NCBI GenBank assembly: GCA_948443805.1
Contig: CAOJUB010000003.1
Coordinates: 69,832-133,831 of the forward strand
Direction of reading: 5' to 3'
DNA length: 64,000 bases
From: an uncultured Clostridia bacterium
Lineage (GTDB): Bacteria; Bacillota; Clostridia; Oscillospirales; UBA644
Shown here piece by piece: positions 27,971-35,789 of this stretch. The translations under genes were made by a program, and so were the position numbers. The notes below the pieces were generated by a model, which did no database searches, was not told the origin of the DNA, and worked only from the letters and a program-made list of their open reading frames with translations. How positions within the stretch are numbered: the first letter of the stretch is position 1; every line of letters starts with the position of its first letter.

Positions 27971-29164
27971 TCAGGATTCCTTTTCTTTTTGGATTTCTCC
28001 GAGAAAGCTTTTTCCGCTGCCGGCATACCGGCGGAGATGAAACAATTCGGCGATTGTCGCCGCAATATCGGAAAAGGTATTCCGGGTTTTCAGGTCTTTT
28101 GGCTGAGCCTGTTTGCCGTACACCAAAAGCGGCACATATTCTCTTGAATGATCGGTGGAGGCCGTTCCCGGGTCGCAGCCGTGGTCGGCGGTGAGAATCA
28201 GCCAGTCGTTTTCCTGCAATTGGGGAAGAAAGGTCTTTAGCCAATCGTCAAAAGCCGCAATCGCCTGCGCATAACCGTCAACATCGTTTCGGTGGCCGTA
28301 TAACATGTCGAAATCCACCAGGTTAACAAAGCAAAGTCCGTGAAAATCCTTTTGCAGCAGGTTTTCTGTAACCGCCATTCCCTCGGCGTTATTTTTTGTT
28401 TTATATTTTTCCGAAATTCCTCTTCCGGCAAAAATATCGCTGATTTTTCCGACAGAGAGAACGTCAAACCCTTCTTCGGTCAGGCTGTCAAGTAGGGTTT
28501 TCCCGGTCGGTTCCAAAGAAAAATCGCGGCGGTTTTCAGTTCGGATAAAGTTCGGCGCTGTTCCGGTAAACGGGCGGGCGATTACCCGTCCGACGCCGTG
28601 TTTTCCGGTCAGAAGCTCCCGGGCTGTTTCACAGAAGCGGTAAAGCGTCTGCGGCGGGAAGACCGATTCGTGTGCGGCGACCTGAAAAACACTGTCGGCA
28701 GAGGTATAGACAATCAGCGCTTTTTTGTCGATTTGTTCTTTTCCGTAATCGCGGATCACTTCCGTGCCGGAATACACTTTGTTGCACAGAACCGAACAAC
28801 CTGTTTTTTGTTCGAAAAGCGTAATGATTTCTTCCGGGAAACCGTTCGGATAGGTCGGAAAGGGTTGTTGGGTAATTAATCCTGCAATTTCCCAGTGTCC
28901 GGCTGTTGTGTCTTTGCCGGCAGAACGTTCCGCCATTCTGCCATAAGCGGCAAGGGGGGCGGCAGCTTTTTGAAAAGAGCCGTCTTTTTGTTCTGCGCCT
29001 TGAATCTGAAAAAGTCCGAGATTTTGTAACACGTCCGCGCGGAACTTTTCAGAAGAGGCGATGCTTCGCAGCGTATGGCTGTTTTCATCACCGTATCGGG
29101 CGGCGTCGGGCAGCGAGCCGATACCGAAACTGTCAAGAACAATCAGAAAAACACGTGTGTTCAT
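27971..29164 (-). CDS. deoB: Phosphopentomutase
   Basis: RVFLIVLDSFGIG N-terminus, the FVNLVDFDMLYGHRND block and TADHGCDP. Confidence 0.92.
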   Translation of the reverse strand: MNTRVFLIVLDSFGIGSLPDAARYGDENSHTLRSIASSEKFRADVLQNLGLFQIQGAEQKDGSFQKAAAPLAAYGRMAERSAGKDTTAGHWEIAGLITQQPFPTYPNGFPEEIITLFEQKTGCSVLCNKVYSGTEVIRDYGKEQIDKKALIVYTSADSVFQVAAHESVFPPQTLYRFCETARELLTGKHGVGRVIARPFTGTAPNFIRTENRRDFSLEPTGKTLLDSLTEEGFDVLSVGKISDIFAGRGISEKYKTKNNAEGMAVTENLLQKDFHGLCFVNLVDFDMLYGHRNDVDGYAQAIAAFDDWLKTFLPQLQENDWLILTADHGCDPGTASTDHSREYVPLLVYGKQAQPKDLKTRNTFSDIAATIAELFHLRRYAGSGKSFLGEIQKEKES

Positions 29165-29210
29165 AGAGATCTCCGTTTATCTGTTTTTTGCTGTCAAGCA
29201 AGGGAAATCG

Positions 29211-29927
29211 TCAGAGGCTGACCGCAGTATCCAGCGCCAGGCGGATCATGTTGTTGAGCGAAGTTTCCCTTTCCTGTGCCGTAAGTTCTTCTGTCGGATC
29301 GAAAAGCCGGTCCGAAACGGTCAGAAGGGACAGCGCCTTCTTTTTGCAGCGTGCGGCGGTCATATACAGCGCCGCTGTTTCCATCTCAACGGCAAGAACG
29401 CCCATTTTTTCCCATATCATCGCAGACTCGGAATCATCATAAAAGGTATCGGAGGTTAGAACCGTTCCAACCTGAAGCGGCGCGTTCTGTTTTTCTGCGG
29501 TCTGCACTGCTTTTTGCAGCAGGGAAAAAGTTGCTGCCGGTGCAAAAGTCCCCGGAAGGGAATACTGGGCGGCGAAATTGGAATTGGTGCAGGCGGCCTG
29601 CACGGCGATGATGTCCCTTAGTTTCAGTTCTTTGCAGATTGCCCCGGCGGAGCCGATCCGGATTATATTTTCCACACCGAAAAAGGTAAACAGTTCATAG
29701 GCGTAAATTCCCATGGAGGGCATTCCCATGCCGCTTGCCATCACAGTAATCGGGAGGTCTTTGTACCGGCCGTTATAGGCCGACATTCCTCTGACGCTGT
29801 TAATCAGAACAGGGGATTCCAGAAAGGTTTCGGCGATATGACCGGCTCGGAGCGGATCGCCCGGCATTAAAACGGTTTTATGGAACGAATCCCCGTCTTT
29901 GAGATTGATATGCGGCGTTTGTTTCAT
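29211..29927 (-). CDS. deoD: Purine nucleoside phosphorylase, DeoD type
   Basis: TPHINLKDGDSFHKTVLMPGDPLRA, MGMPSMGIYAYEL, EMETAALY. Confidence 0.9.
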   Translation of the reverse strand: MKQTPHINLKDGDSFHKTVLMPGDPLRAGHIAETFLESPVLINSVRGMSAYNGRYKDLPITVMASGMGMPSMGIYAYELFTFFGVENIIRIGSAGAICKELKLRDIIAVQAACTNSNFAAQYSLPGTFAPAATFSLLQKAVQTAEKQNAPLQVGTVLTSDTFYDDSESAMIWEKMGVLAVEMETAALYMTAARCKKKALSLLTVSDRLFDPTEELTAQERETSLNNMIRLALDTAVSL

Positions 29928-30796
29928 GGCCTGTTCTCTTCCTTTCCGTCCGGCTGTTTTTCTGAATTTTCCGCCTGAAGGGTTTCGGTTTTTTGGATAT
30001 CTTCATCATTAAGCACAATCGGGATAAATTGTCTGGCGATCGTACCCCGGCCTTTTTCTCTTCCTTTTACATATATGAATCCGATCACGCTGAATATGAC
30101 CGCGCCGATAAAATTGACAATCAGATCCTTCATGGTATCGAACAGACCGATATCAAGATATCCGTTAATTCCGAGTGATTGCCCGTTCACGGCGGTATCG
30201 GCGATATTGTCGACGACAACCGGAATATTGACGCCGTCCGGATTCAGATAAACCGAAGAAAAGGAAGTAACGACAAAATCTTTCTGCATGTCGGTGCCGA
30301 AAATCCGGTCGCAGCCAAATTCAAAAAATTCCCATAAAACGCCGATCGTCATGGAAAAACAAAAGGCGACAATGGCAAGATACAGCGGCGACATACGAAC
30401 GCTGAATTTCTGATTCCGGTTGAAGATATCGACAAGTGCAAACCCGAATGCGGCGAAAAGAAACCCGTTGACGGTATGCAGCATAGTGTCCCAGTAAGGG
30501 AATTTTACATAGTAGCTTTGCAGTTCCCCGAGAATTTCCGCCGCGAAAATAAAGAGCAGAACGATCACTTCCAGCGTTGTCGGCAGATCGATTTTAAAAC
30601 TGCGTTCAATCAGAGCCGGAATTTCGTAGAGAAGGAGAGTCAGCACACAGACAAAGACATTTTCATAGTTCTGCCGGAAAAGAGCGGCAACCAGCGCGAT
30701 CAGAACAAAAAGGCGCAGTATGATATAGGCGACGACGGTTGGTTTGTCCTTTTTCAGGTAGTTTGGAATCTGTTTTTGTTTGGTTTTCTTTTTCAT
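29924..30796 (-). CDS. Hypothetical polytopic membrane protein
   Basis: 290 aa with ~6 TM helices. Its stop overlaps the deoD start (ATGA). Family not recognised with confidence. Confidence 0.5.
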   Translation of the reverse strand: MKKKTKQKQIPNYLKKDKPTVVAYIILRLFVLIALVAALFRQNYENVFVCVLTLLLYEIPALIERSFKIDLPTTLEVIVLLFIFAAEILGELQSYYVKFPYWDTMLHTVNGFLFAAFGFALVDIFNRNQKFSVRMSPLYLAIVAFCFSMTIGVLWEFFEFGCDRIFGTDMQKDFVVTSFSSVYLNPDGVNIPVVVDNIADTAVNGQSLGINGYLDIGLFDTMKDLIVNFIGAVIFSVIGFIYVKGREKGRGTIARQFIPIVLNDEDIQKTETLQAENSEKQPDGKEENRP

Positions 30797-30850
30797 AGCG
30801 GTATTCCTTTCAAAGAATCAGGTTCATTGGCGGGTTTGCTTCTTTTTCCG

Positions 30851-31138
30851 TTAAAAAAAGGCGGTTATTTTTTCTTTGGTTATAAAAAATAAGAGAATAA
30901 CCGCCGTTTCCGCGACCGTTATGCTCCATACCGTAAACAGCAGTTTTTTATGCTTTGTTTTGTGCCGGAACAGATAAAAGGCGGCAAGAACGCCTGCTCC
31001 GCCCCCGAGTCCTGCCAGCTGCCGCATCGACCGTTCCGGAAGACGGCGTTTTTGTTTGATCGCCAGCCATTTGTCTGCCGCTGTGAGAAGGAAAGAGACG
31101 CTGTTGATCAGCAGCAGGTATCCCCAAAATATCTTCAT
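30851..31138 (-). CDS. DUF1294 membrane protein
   Basis: ADKWLAIKQKRRLPE...GGGAGVLAAFYLFRHKTKHKK matches the DUF1294 signature. Confidence 0.75.
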   Translation of the reverse strand: MKIFWGYLLLINSVSFLLTAADKWLAIKQKRRLPERSMRQLAGLGGGAGVLAAFYLFRHKTKHKKLLFTVWSITVAETAVILLFFITKEKITAFF

Positions 31139-31159
31139 GGCTTTTGTTTCCTTTTCTTT

Positions 31160-32128
31160 TTAGAAGGCGTTGGCCAGTTTTTCAATCCGTTTCAGTTTTT
31201 CTTTGACACAGCGGGGGGAATGCAAAATCACGGTTTCGCTGTTTTTATAGAGATATTTGATGGTTTCCGGCGTCAGTTTCAGCAAAATTTTTACCTGAAA
31301 CGAACCGTCCTCCGTTTTTTCTATAGCGCTGTCCTTGACCGCGTCTCCCTTTGCCAGATCGTCCAGCACTGCCGTCAGCTGGTTTTCCGGAACCGACAGT
31401 TCCAGTTCGACCGTCCGTCCGATCGGCGAGGCAATATTCTGGTCGAGATACTGCTTGAGGTCAAAACTGTCGCTGCCCGTTGTAACGGCCGCGGTTTCTG
31501 CCTTGCGGTCAAGCTGGATCATATCGGTAATATAGGAAAAATCAAAAAAATCGATGCCGTCTTTTAAGGTCCGGCTGCCGCCGACAAGATAAAGGCTCCG
31601 GTCTGCCGCCGCGATGGCAAAGGGCGAAAGGCGGATGGTGTTTCCCCGGTAGGTAAAGGTGACTTTTTTCTTTTCAAAAATAGAATCAAAGGCCAGCGTC
31701 AGTTCCTCCTGGATATTCCATTCTGAAAGCGGATAAAAGTTCAGCATCGCGCCGAGAATCCGGGCCCGGTTTTCTTCGGTTGTTTTTTTTGCCAGTTTCA
31801 GCGACAGGTTATTTTTTTCCGTTGTCGCCGCGAAATCGGTGCAGCCGACCAGGTATGCGAGTTTCCGGATATCGTTGCCGTTCAGACTGTCTCCGAGCAG
31901 ATGATAGGTCACGTTTTCCTGCGTTTTTCGTTTCTGAATTTCAAATCCCGCTTCTTTCAGGGCAGAAATATCCGAATAAATGGCTTTTCGTTCGGCGCTG
32001 ATCCCTTTTAGATACAGTTCGTCAAAAATTTCAGGAATGGTCAGACCTTTGTTTTCATCAGTTTTTTGCTGAAGCGTGTCGAGCAGATAGAGAATTTTAA
32101 TTTTTCGTCGGTTTTTGGTTTCTTCCAT
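31160..32128 (-). CDS. HTH plus WYL-like domain transcriptional regulator
   Basis: N-terminal winged-HTH-like segment (ILYLLDTLQQKTDENKGLTIPEIFDEL). Central VTFTYRG...LSPFAIAAADRSLYLVGG resembles the WYL domain core. Confidence 0.55.
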   Translation of the reverse strand: MEETKNRRKIKILYLLDTLQQKTDENKGLTIPEIFDELYLKGISAERKAIYSDISALKEAGFEIQKRKTQENVTYHLLGDSLNGNDIRKLAYLVGCTDFAATTEKNNLSLKLAKKTTEENRARILGAMLNFYPLSEWNIQEELTLAFDSIFEKKKVTFTYRGNTIRLSPFAIAAADRSLYLVGGSRTLKDGIDFFDFSYITDMIQLDRKAETAAVTTGSDSFDLKQYLDQNIASPIGRTVELELSVPENQLTAVLDDLAKGDAVKDSAIEKTEDGSFQVKILLKLTPETIKYLYKNSETVILHSPRCVKEKLKRIEKLANAF

Positions 32129-32325
32129 GACAAGGCTCCGTTTTCTGTCAGATTTTCTGGGGTTGCCGGGGATAAGTTATCGGAATTTTTCCGAAATGAC
32201 ATGGAAACTTAACAAATTTATGATAAGCTGATAAAAATAATAGATTCCCGGATTCTGTGGAATAAAAACCCTGTTTCGGGAATAGAATTTTCTGTTGACA
32301 GGTTTGAAGAAAGGTTGTGATACAA

Positions 32326-32586
32326 ATGGCAAGCGTAGAACTTCACAAAATTGATTTCCAAAAATTTATGGAAGCTATCGATAAATGTCAGGGGGATGTT
32401 TTTCTCGTTACCGAGGAAGGCGACAGATTGAATCTGAAAAGCAAACTCTGCCAGGTGATCGGATTAACAAAACTGGTAGAAGGCGGCGTTGTCGGATCGG
32501 CGAAGATTGTCTGTGAAAAGCCGGAGGATGAAAGCCTGCTTTTCCGTTTTAATCTTTTCGGCGATAAAGTGCTGGAGGAAAATTAA
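32326..32586 (+). CDS. Small hypothetical protein (86 aa)
   Basis: ORF divergent from the WYL regulator and followed by a strong terminator. Start is ATG 32326 or GTG 32317. No family recognised. Confidence 0.45.
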   Translation: MASVELHKIDFQKFMEAIDKCQGDVFLVTEEGDRLNLKSKLCQVIGLTKLVEGGVVGSAKIVCEKPEDESLLFRFNLFGDKVLEEN

Positions 32587-32609
32587 TAAAAAAGAATTTT
32601 TTTCTTTTT

Positions 32610-32636
32610 GCGCCCGGTTGTTCCGGGCGTTTTTTT
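32610..32636 (+). terminator. Intrinsic terminator
   Basis: CGCCCGG (32611-17) pairs with CCGGGCG (32623-29), followed by T7. Confidence 0.75.
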
Positions 32637-32967
32637 ATGCGAAAACGGTATGGATCAAAACCATGTACAGCACCGTTCCTCCTGCCATGCTGAGAAGAAT
32701 GTTCCGTTTCCAGACATGCAATACAACGACGGCGAGTACCGAGAGAATTTCTGCTGCACCGAAGGGAAAAACAGCAAAGCGGACATCTTTCAGACAGTAA
32801 ATAACCAGTGTTGATATAATGGCCGGGGGAAGGATATTCCCGAGGTATTTGACCCAGCCGGGGATTTCCCGCTTCCCGCCGAACAGCGCGAAGGGGGCAG
32901 AGCGGGTGAGAAACGTACAGATTCCCACGGTGGCGATTAACGCGATTGCATTCCAGAAAGGGATCAT
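32635..32967 (-). CDS. azlD: Branched-chain amino acid exporter small subunit AzlD
   Basis: ~110-aa hydrophobic protein starting MIPFWNAIALIATVGICTFLTRS. ATGA overlap with azlC. The upstream part of the ORF-track ORF overlaps azlC. Confidence 0.8.
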   Translation of the reverse strand: MIPFWNAIALIATVGICTFLTRSAPFALFGGKREIPGWVKYLGNILPPAIISTLVIYCLKDVRFAVFPFGAAEILSVLAVVVLHVWKRNILLSMAGGTVLYMVLIHTVFA

Positions 32968-33674
32968 TGTTTGGCTCCTTTCCGGGTTGTTTCTTCCAGC
33001 GGTTTCCGGAAGGCCAGCATGACGAGAACCGTTGTCATCAGCGAGGGGAGAAGAAAGGCGTCCGGCCCGAGAATCAACAAAAACAGGGCGGCCGAAAGGG
33101 CGCCGACAATGGCCGGTATATGGGTTTTGAATTGGATCCACTGTTCAACCAGCATCACGGTAAACAGCGCCGTCATCGAAAAATCCACGCCTTTGAAATC
33201 AAAGGGAATGTACTGTCCCATCAGCGAGCCGATAATTCCGCCGAGAATCCAGTAACAATGGTTAAACAGCGCCACATAAAAATAAACTTTTTTTTCATCG
33301 GTATTTTTCGGACATTTCATTCCGCAGAAAACGGTGTAGGTTTCATCGGTGAGGGAATGAATCATATAGAAAAAGCGTTTGCCCATGCTTTTAAATTTTT
33401 CGATAAACGAAAGGCCGTAGAACATGTGGCGGCTGTTGACAAATAGTGTGACCGCCGCTGCGGTAGGGATCGCCGTCCCTGCGCTCAGGAACGATACCAG
33501 CATAAACTGCATGGAACCGGCGTAAACAAAAATACTGATAAAAAATGCCCAGATAAAATTGTAGCCTGCCTGAAACAGCATAATCCCGAACGCAGAGCCG
33601 AGAAACAGGTAGCCGACCATGACCGGCAGGGATTTTTTAAAGGCAAAAGCGATTGTCTGCCTGTCTTTTTTCAT
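32964..33674 (-). CDS. azlC: Branched-chain amino acid exporter AzlC
   Basis: 236-aa polytopic protein. The N-terminal FKKSLPVMVGYLFLGSAFGI is typical of AzlC. Confidence 0.85.
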   Translation of the reverse strand: MKKDRQTIAFAFKKSLPVMVGYLFLGSAFGIMLFQAGYNFIWAFFISIFVYAGSMQFMLVSFLSAGTAIPTAAAVTLFVNSRHMFYGLSFIEKFKSMGKRFFYMIHSLTDETYTVFCGMKCPKNTDEKKVYFYVALFNHCYWILGGIIGSLMGQYIPFDFKGVDFSMTALFTVMLVEQWIQFKTHIPAIVGALSAALFLLILGPDAFLLPSLMTTVLVMLAFRKPLEETTRKGAKQ

Positions 33675-33697
33675 GTTTCTGTCCTTTACGATGATGT

Positions 33698-35497
33698 CTA
33701 AAATTGATTCAGATAAGTCCGGATCTTTTCCGCTAATTCTTCATTGACGCCTTTGACGGCAGTCAGTTCTTCGTTGGAGGCATTTTTTATTTTGTCCAGC
33801 GATTTGAATTTCATAAATAAGTCTCTTGCTTTGGTTTTCCCGACGCCGGGGATTTGCAGCAGTTCTGACTGCTGGGAAAATGAATCGCGGAGCTTCCGGT
33901 GATAGTCGATGGAATAGCGGTGAACTTCTTCCTGCAATCTTCCGCAGAAGGTGTGCGCTTCGTGATTTTTGGCAAGAAGCAGTTCCCGGCCGTCTTCATA
34001 AACAAATGATTTGGTCCGGTGCCGGCTGTCCTTTTTCAGCCCGGCGACGCGTATGACCAGCCCGGCTTCCTGAACGGCTGCCATGACGGCATGCACCTGG
34101 CCGAGACCGCCGTCGCAGAGAATCAGGTCGGGAAGGGGAGAAAATTTTTCATCACCGGCCAAAAACCGTTTTAAACGGCGGCTGACCGCTTCTTTCATAT
34201 AAGCGGTGTCGTCATTTCCGAGCGTTTTTTCTATTTTGAACCGGCGGTACCGGCTTTTCTGTAATTCTCCGTTTTTGCAAACGACCATCCCGCAGACGAT
34301 ATGGCTGCCGGCGATGGAGGATGTGTCGTAAATTTCGATCGTTTCGGTTTGATGTATGCCGGTAAAAGAGGAAAAGGCGGCGAGAAGCCGCTGTTGTTTC
34401 TTTGTTTTCCCTTCGAGCAGAAGCAGGCGTTCTTCGGCGTTGTTTTGCGCGATTTGAAGCAGTTTTTTATCCTGTTCAAAACGGGGAAGCGTAATTTTTT
34501 CTTTCAGCCATTGGTTGATCGGTTCAATTCCTGGCCGGAGAGCGGCAACATAGATTTTCCCCTCAGGCGGTTCTTCGGCGGAATAAAACCGGGAAAGATA
34601 GCTGCAGAAAAGTTCGTCGGTCAACGTTTCCTGAAAGGTATCGCAACGTTCGCCGACGACATATCCGTTCCGGATGCGAAGCATGAAAAAACAGGTTTTC
34701 GGCGCTTCTTTTTGATCGTTTTCCTTGCAGGCGATATAATCGGCGTTTCGGTTTTGCTGAATCAGCGGTTTCTGTTTGGTCTGAATAATGGAAAGCGAAT
34801 GCAGCCGGTCCCGCATCTGCGCGGCGTATTCAAAATTGAGTTTGTCCGCCGCCCGCAGCATTTCCTGTTCGGTCTTCTGATAGATATCATCTGTTTTTCC
34901 TTCCAGAATCGCGCAGATTTCTTTGAGAATCGCGTCGGTCTCTTCGGCAGAAACTTTCTGGCGGCAGAATCCCCGGCAGTTTTTTATGTGGTATTCCAGA
35001 CACAGTTTGTCCGGAATGCTTTTGGCGGAACAGGTGGGAAGCTGAAAGGCTTTTTGAATCAGCGAAATGAGAAGCGCGGCGTTTGTTTTCTGGGTGAAAG
35101 GACCGAAAAAACGGCCGCTTTTTTTCCCTTTGCTGTTTTCTCTGGCAATACGGGGAAACCCTTTTTCTTCCCAGACCCGGATAAAAGGATAGCCCTTGCC
35201 GTCCTTGAGCTTTATATTATACATCGGATCATGATGTTTTATAAGGCTGCATTCGGTCAGAAGGGCGTTTAATTCGCTGTCGGTAACAATAACTTCCAGA
35301 TTTCGTATCTCCGAAACCATTACCGCTGTTTTTCCGTAATGGGTGCCCCGAAAATAGCTGGTAACCCTGTTTTTGAGGTTTACCGCCTTGCCTACATAAA
35401 TAATGGTTCCTTTTTCGTCGTACATTTTATATACGCCGGGTTTTTCAGGCAGGCTGTTTGCTTTTTGGAGCAGTGCTTTGATTCTTTCGTTTTCCAT
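33698..35497 (-). CDS. uvrC: Excinuclease ABC subunit C
   Basis: GIY-YIG domain (PGVYKMYDEKGTIIYVGKA), UVR domain, and C-terminal (HhH)2 LLQIPGVGKTKA. Confidence 0.95.
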   Translation of the reverse strand: MENERIKALLQKANSLPEKPGVYKMYDEKGTIIYVGKAVNLKNRVTSYFRGTHYGKTAVMVSEIRNLEVIVTDSELNALLTECSLIKHHDPMYNIKLKDGKGYPFIRVWEEKGFPRIARENSKGKKSGRFFGPFTQKTNAALLISLIQKAFQLPTCSAKSIPDKLCLEYHIKNCRGFCRQKVSAEETDAILKEICAILEGKTDDIYQKTEQEMLRAADKLNFEYAAQMRDRLHSLSIIQTKQKPLIQQNRNADYIACKENDQKEAPKTCFFMLRIRNGYVVGERCDTFQETLTDELFCSYLSRFYSAEEPPEGKIYVAALRPGIEPINQWLKEKITLPRFEQDKKLLQIAQNNAEERLLLLEGKTKKQQRLLAAFSSFTGIHQTETIEIYDTSSIAGSHIVCGMVVCKNGELQKSRYRRFKIEKTLGNDDTAYMKEAVSRRLKRFLAGDEKFSPLPDLILCDGGLGQVHAVMAAVQEAGLVIRVAGLKKDSRHRTKSFVYEDGRELLLAKNHEAHTFCGRLQEEVHRYSIDYHRKLRDSFSQQSELLQIPGVGKTKARDLFMKFKSLDKIKNASNEELTAVKGVNEELAEKIRTYLNQF

Positions 35498-35772
35498 CAG
35501 GTGTTGGGATATCCGTCGAATCCCTTTTGGAGCAGAGCCACCAGTGCTTCCACTGCTTCTTTTTCATCGGCTCCGTTTGCGATAATGTCAATTTCCGTGT
35601 CTTTCACAATCCCCAGAGAAAGAATGCCGAGAAGACTTTTGGCATTGACTCTTCTGTCGTCGTGTTCAACCCAGATAGAAGATTTGAATTCATTCGCTTT
35701 CTGGATGAAAAAGGTGGCGGGTCTTGCGTGAAGACCGACCCGATTTGTGACTGTGACTTTTTTGTTTACCAT
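35497..35772 (-). CDS. ptsH: HPr-family phosphocarrier protein
   Basis: GLHARPA (His15 site) and NAKSLLGILSLG (Ser46 site). 91 aa. Confidence 0.85.
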   Translation of the reverse strand: MVNKKVTVTNRVGLHARPATFFIQKANEFKSSIWVEHDDRRVNAKSLLGILSLGIVKDTEIDIIANGADEKEAVEALVALLQKGFDGYPNT

Positions 35773-35789
35773 AATCTGAATTCTCCCCT

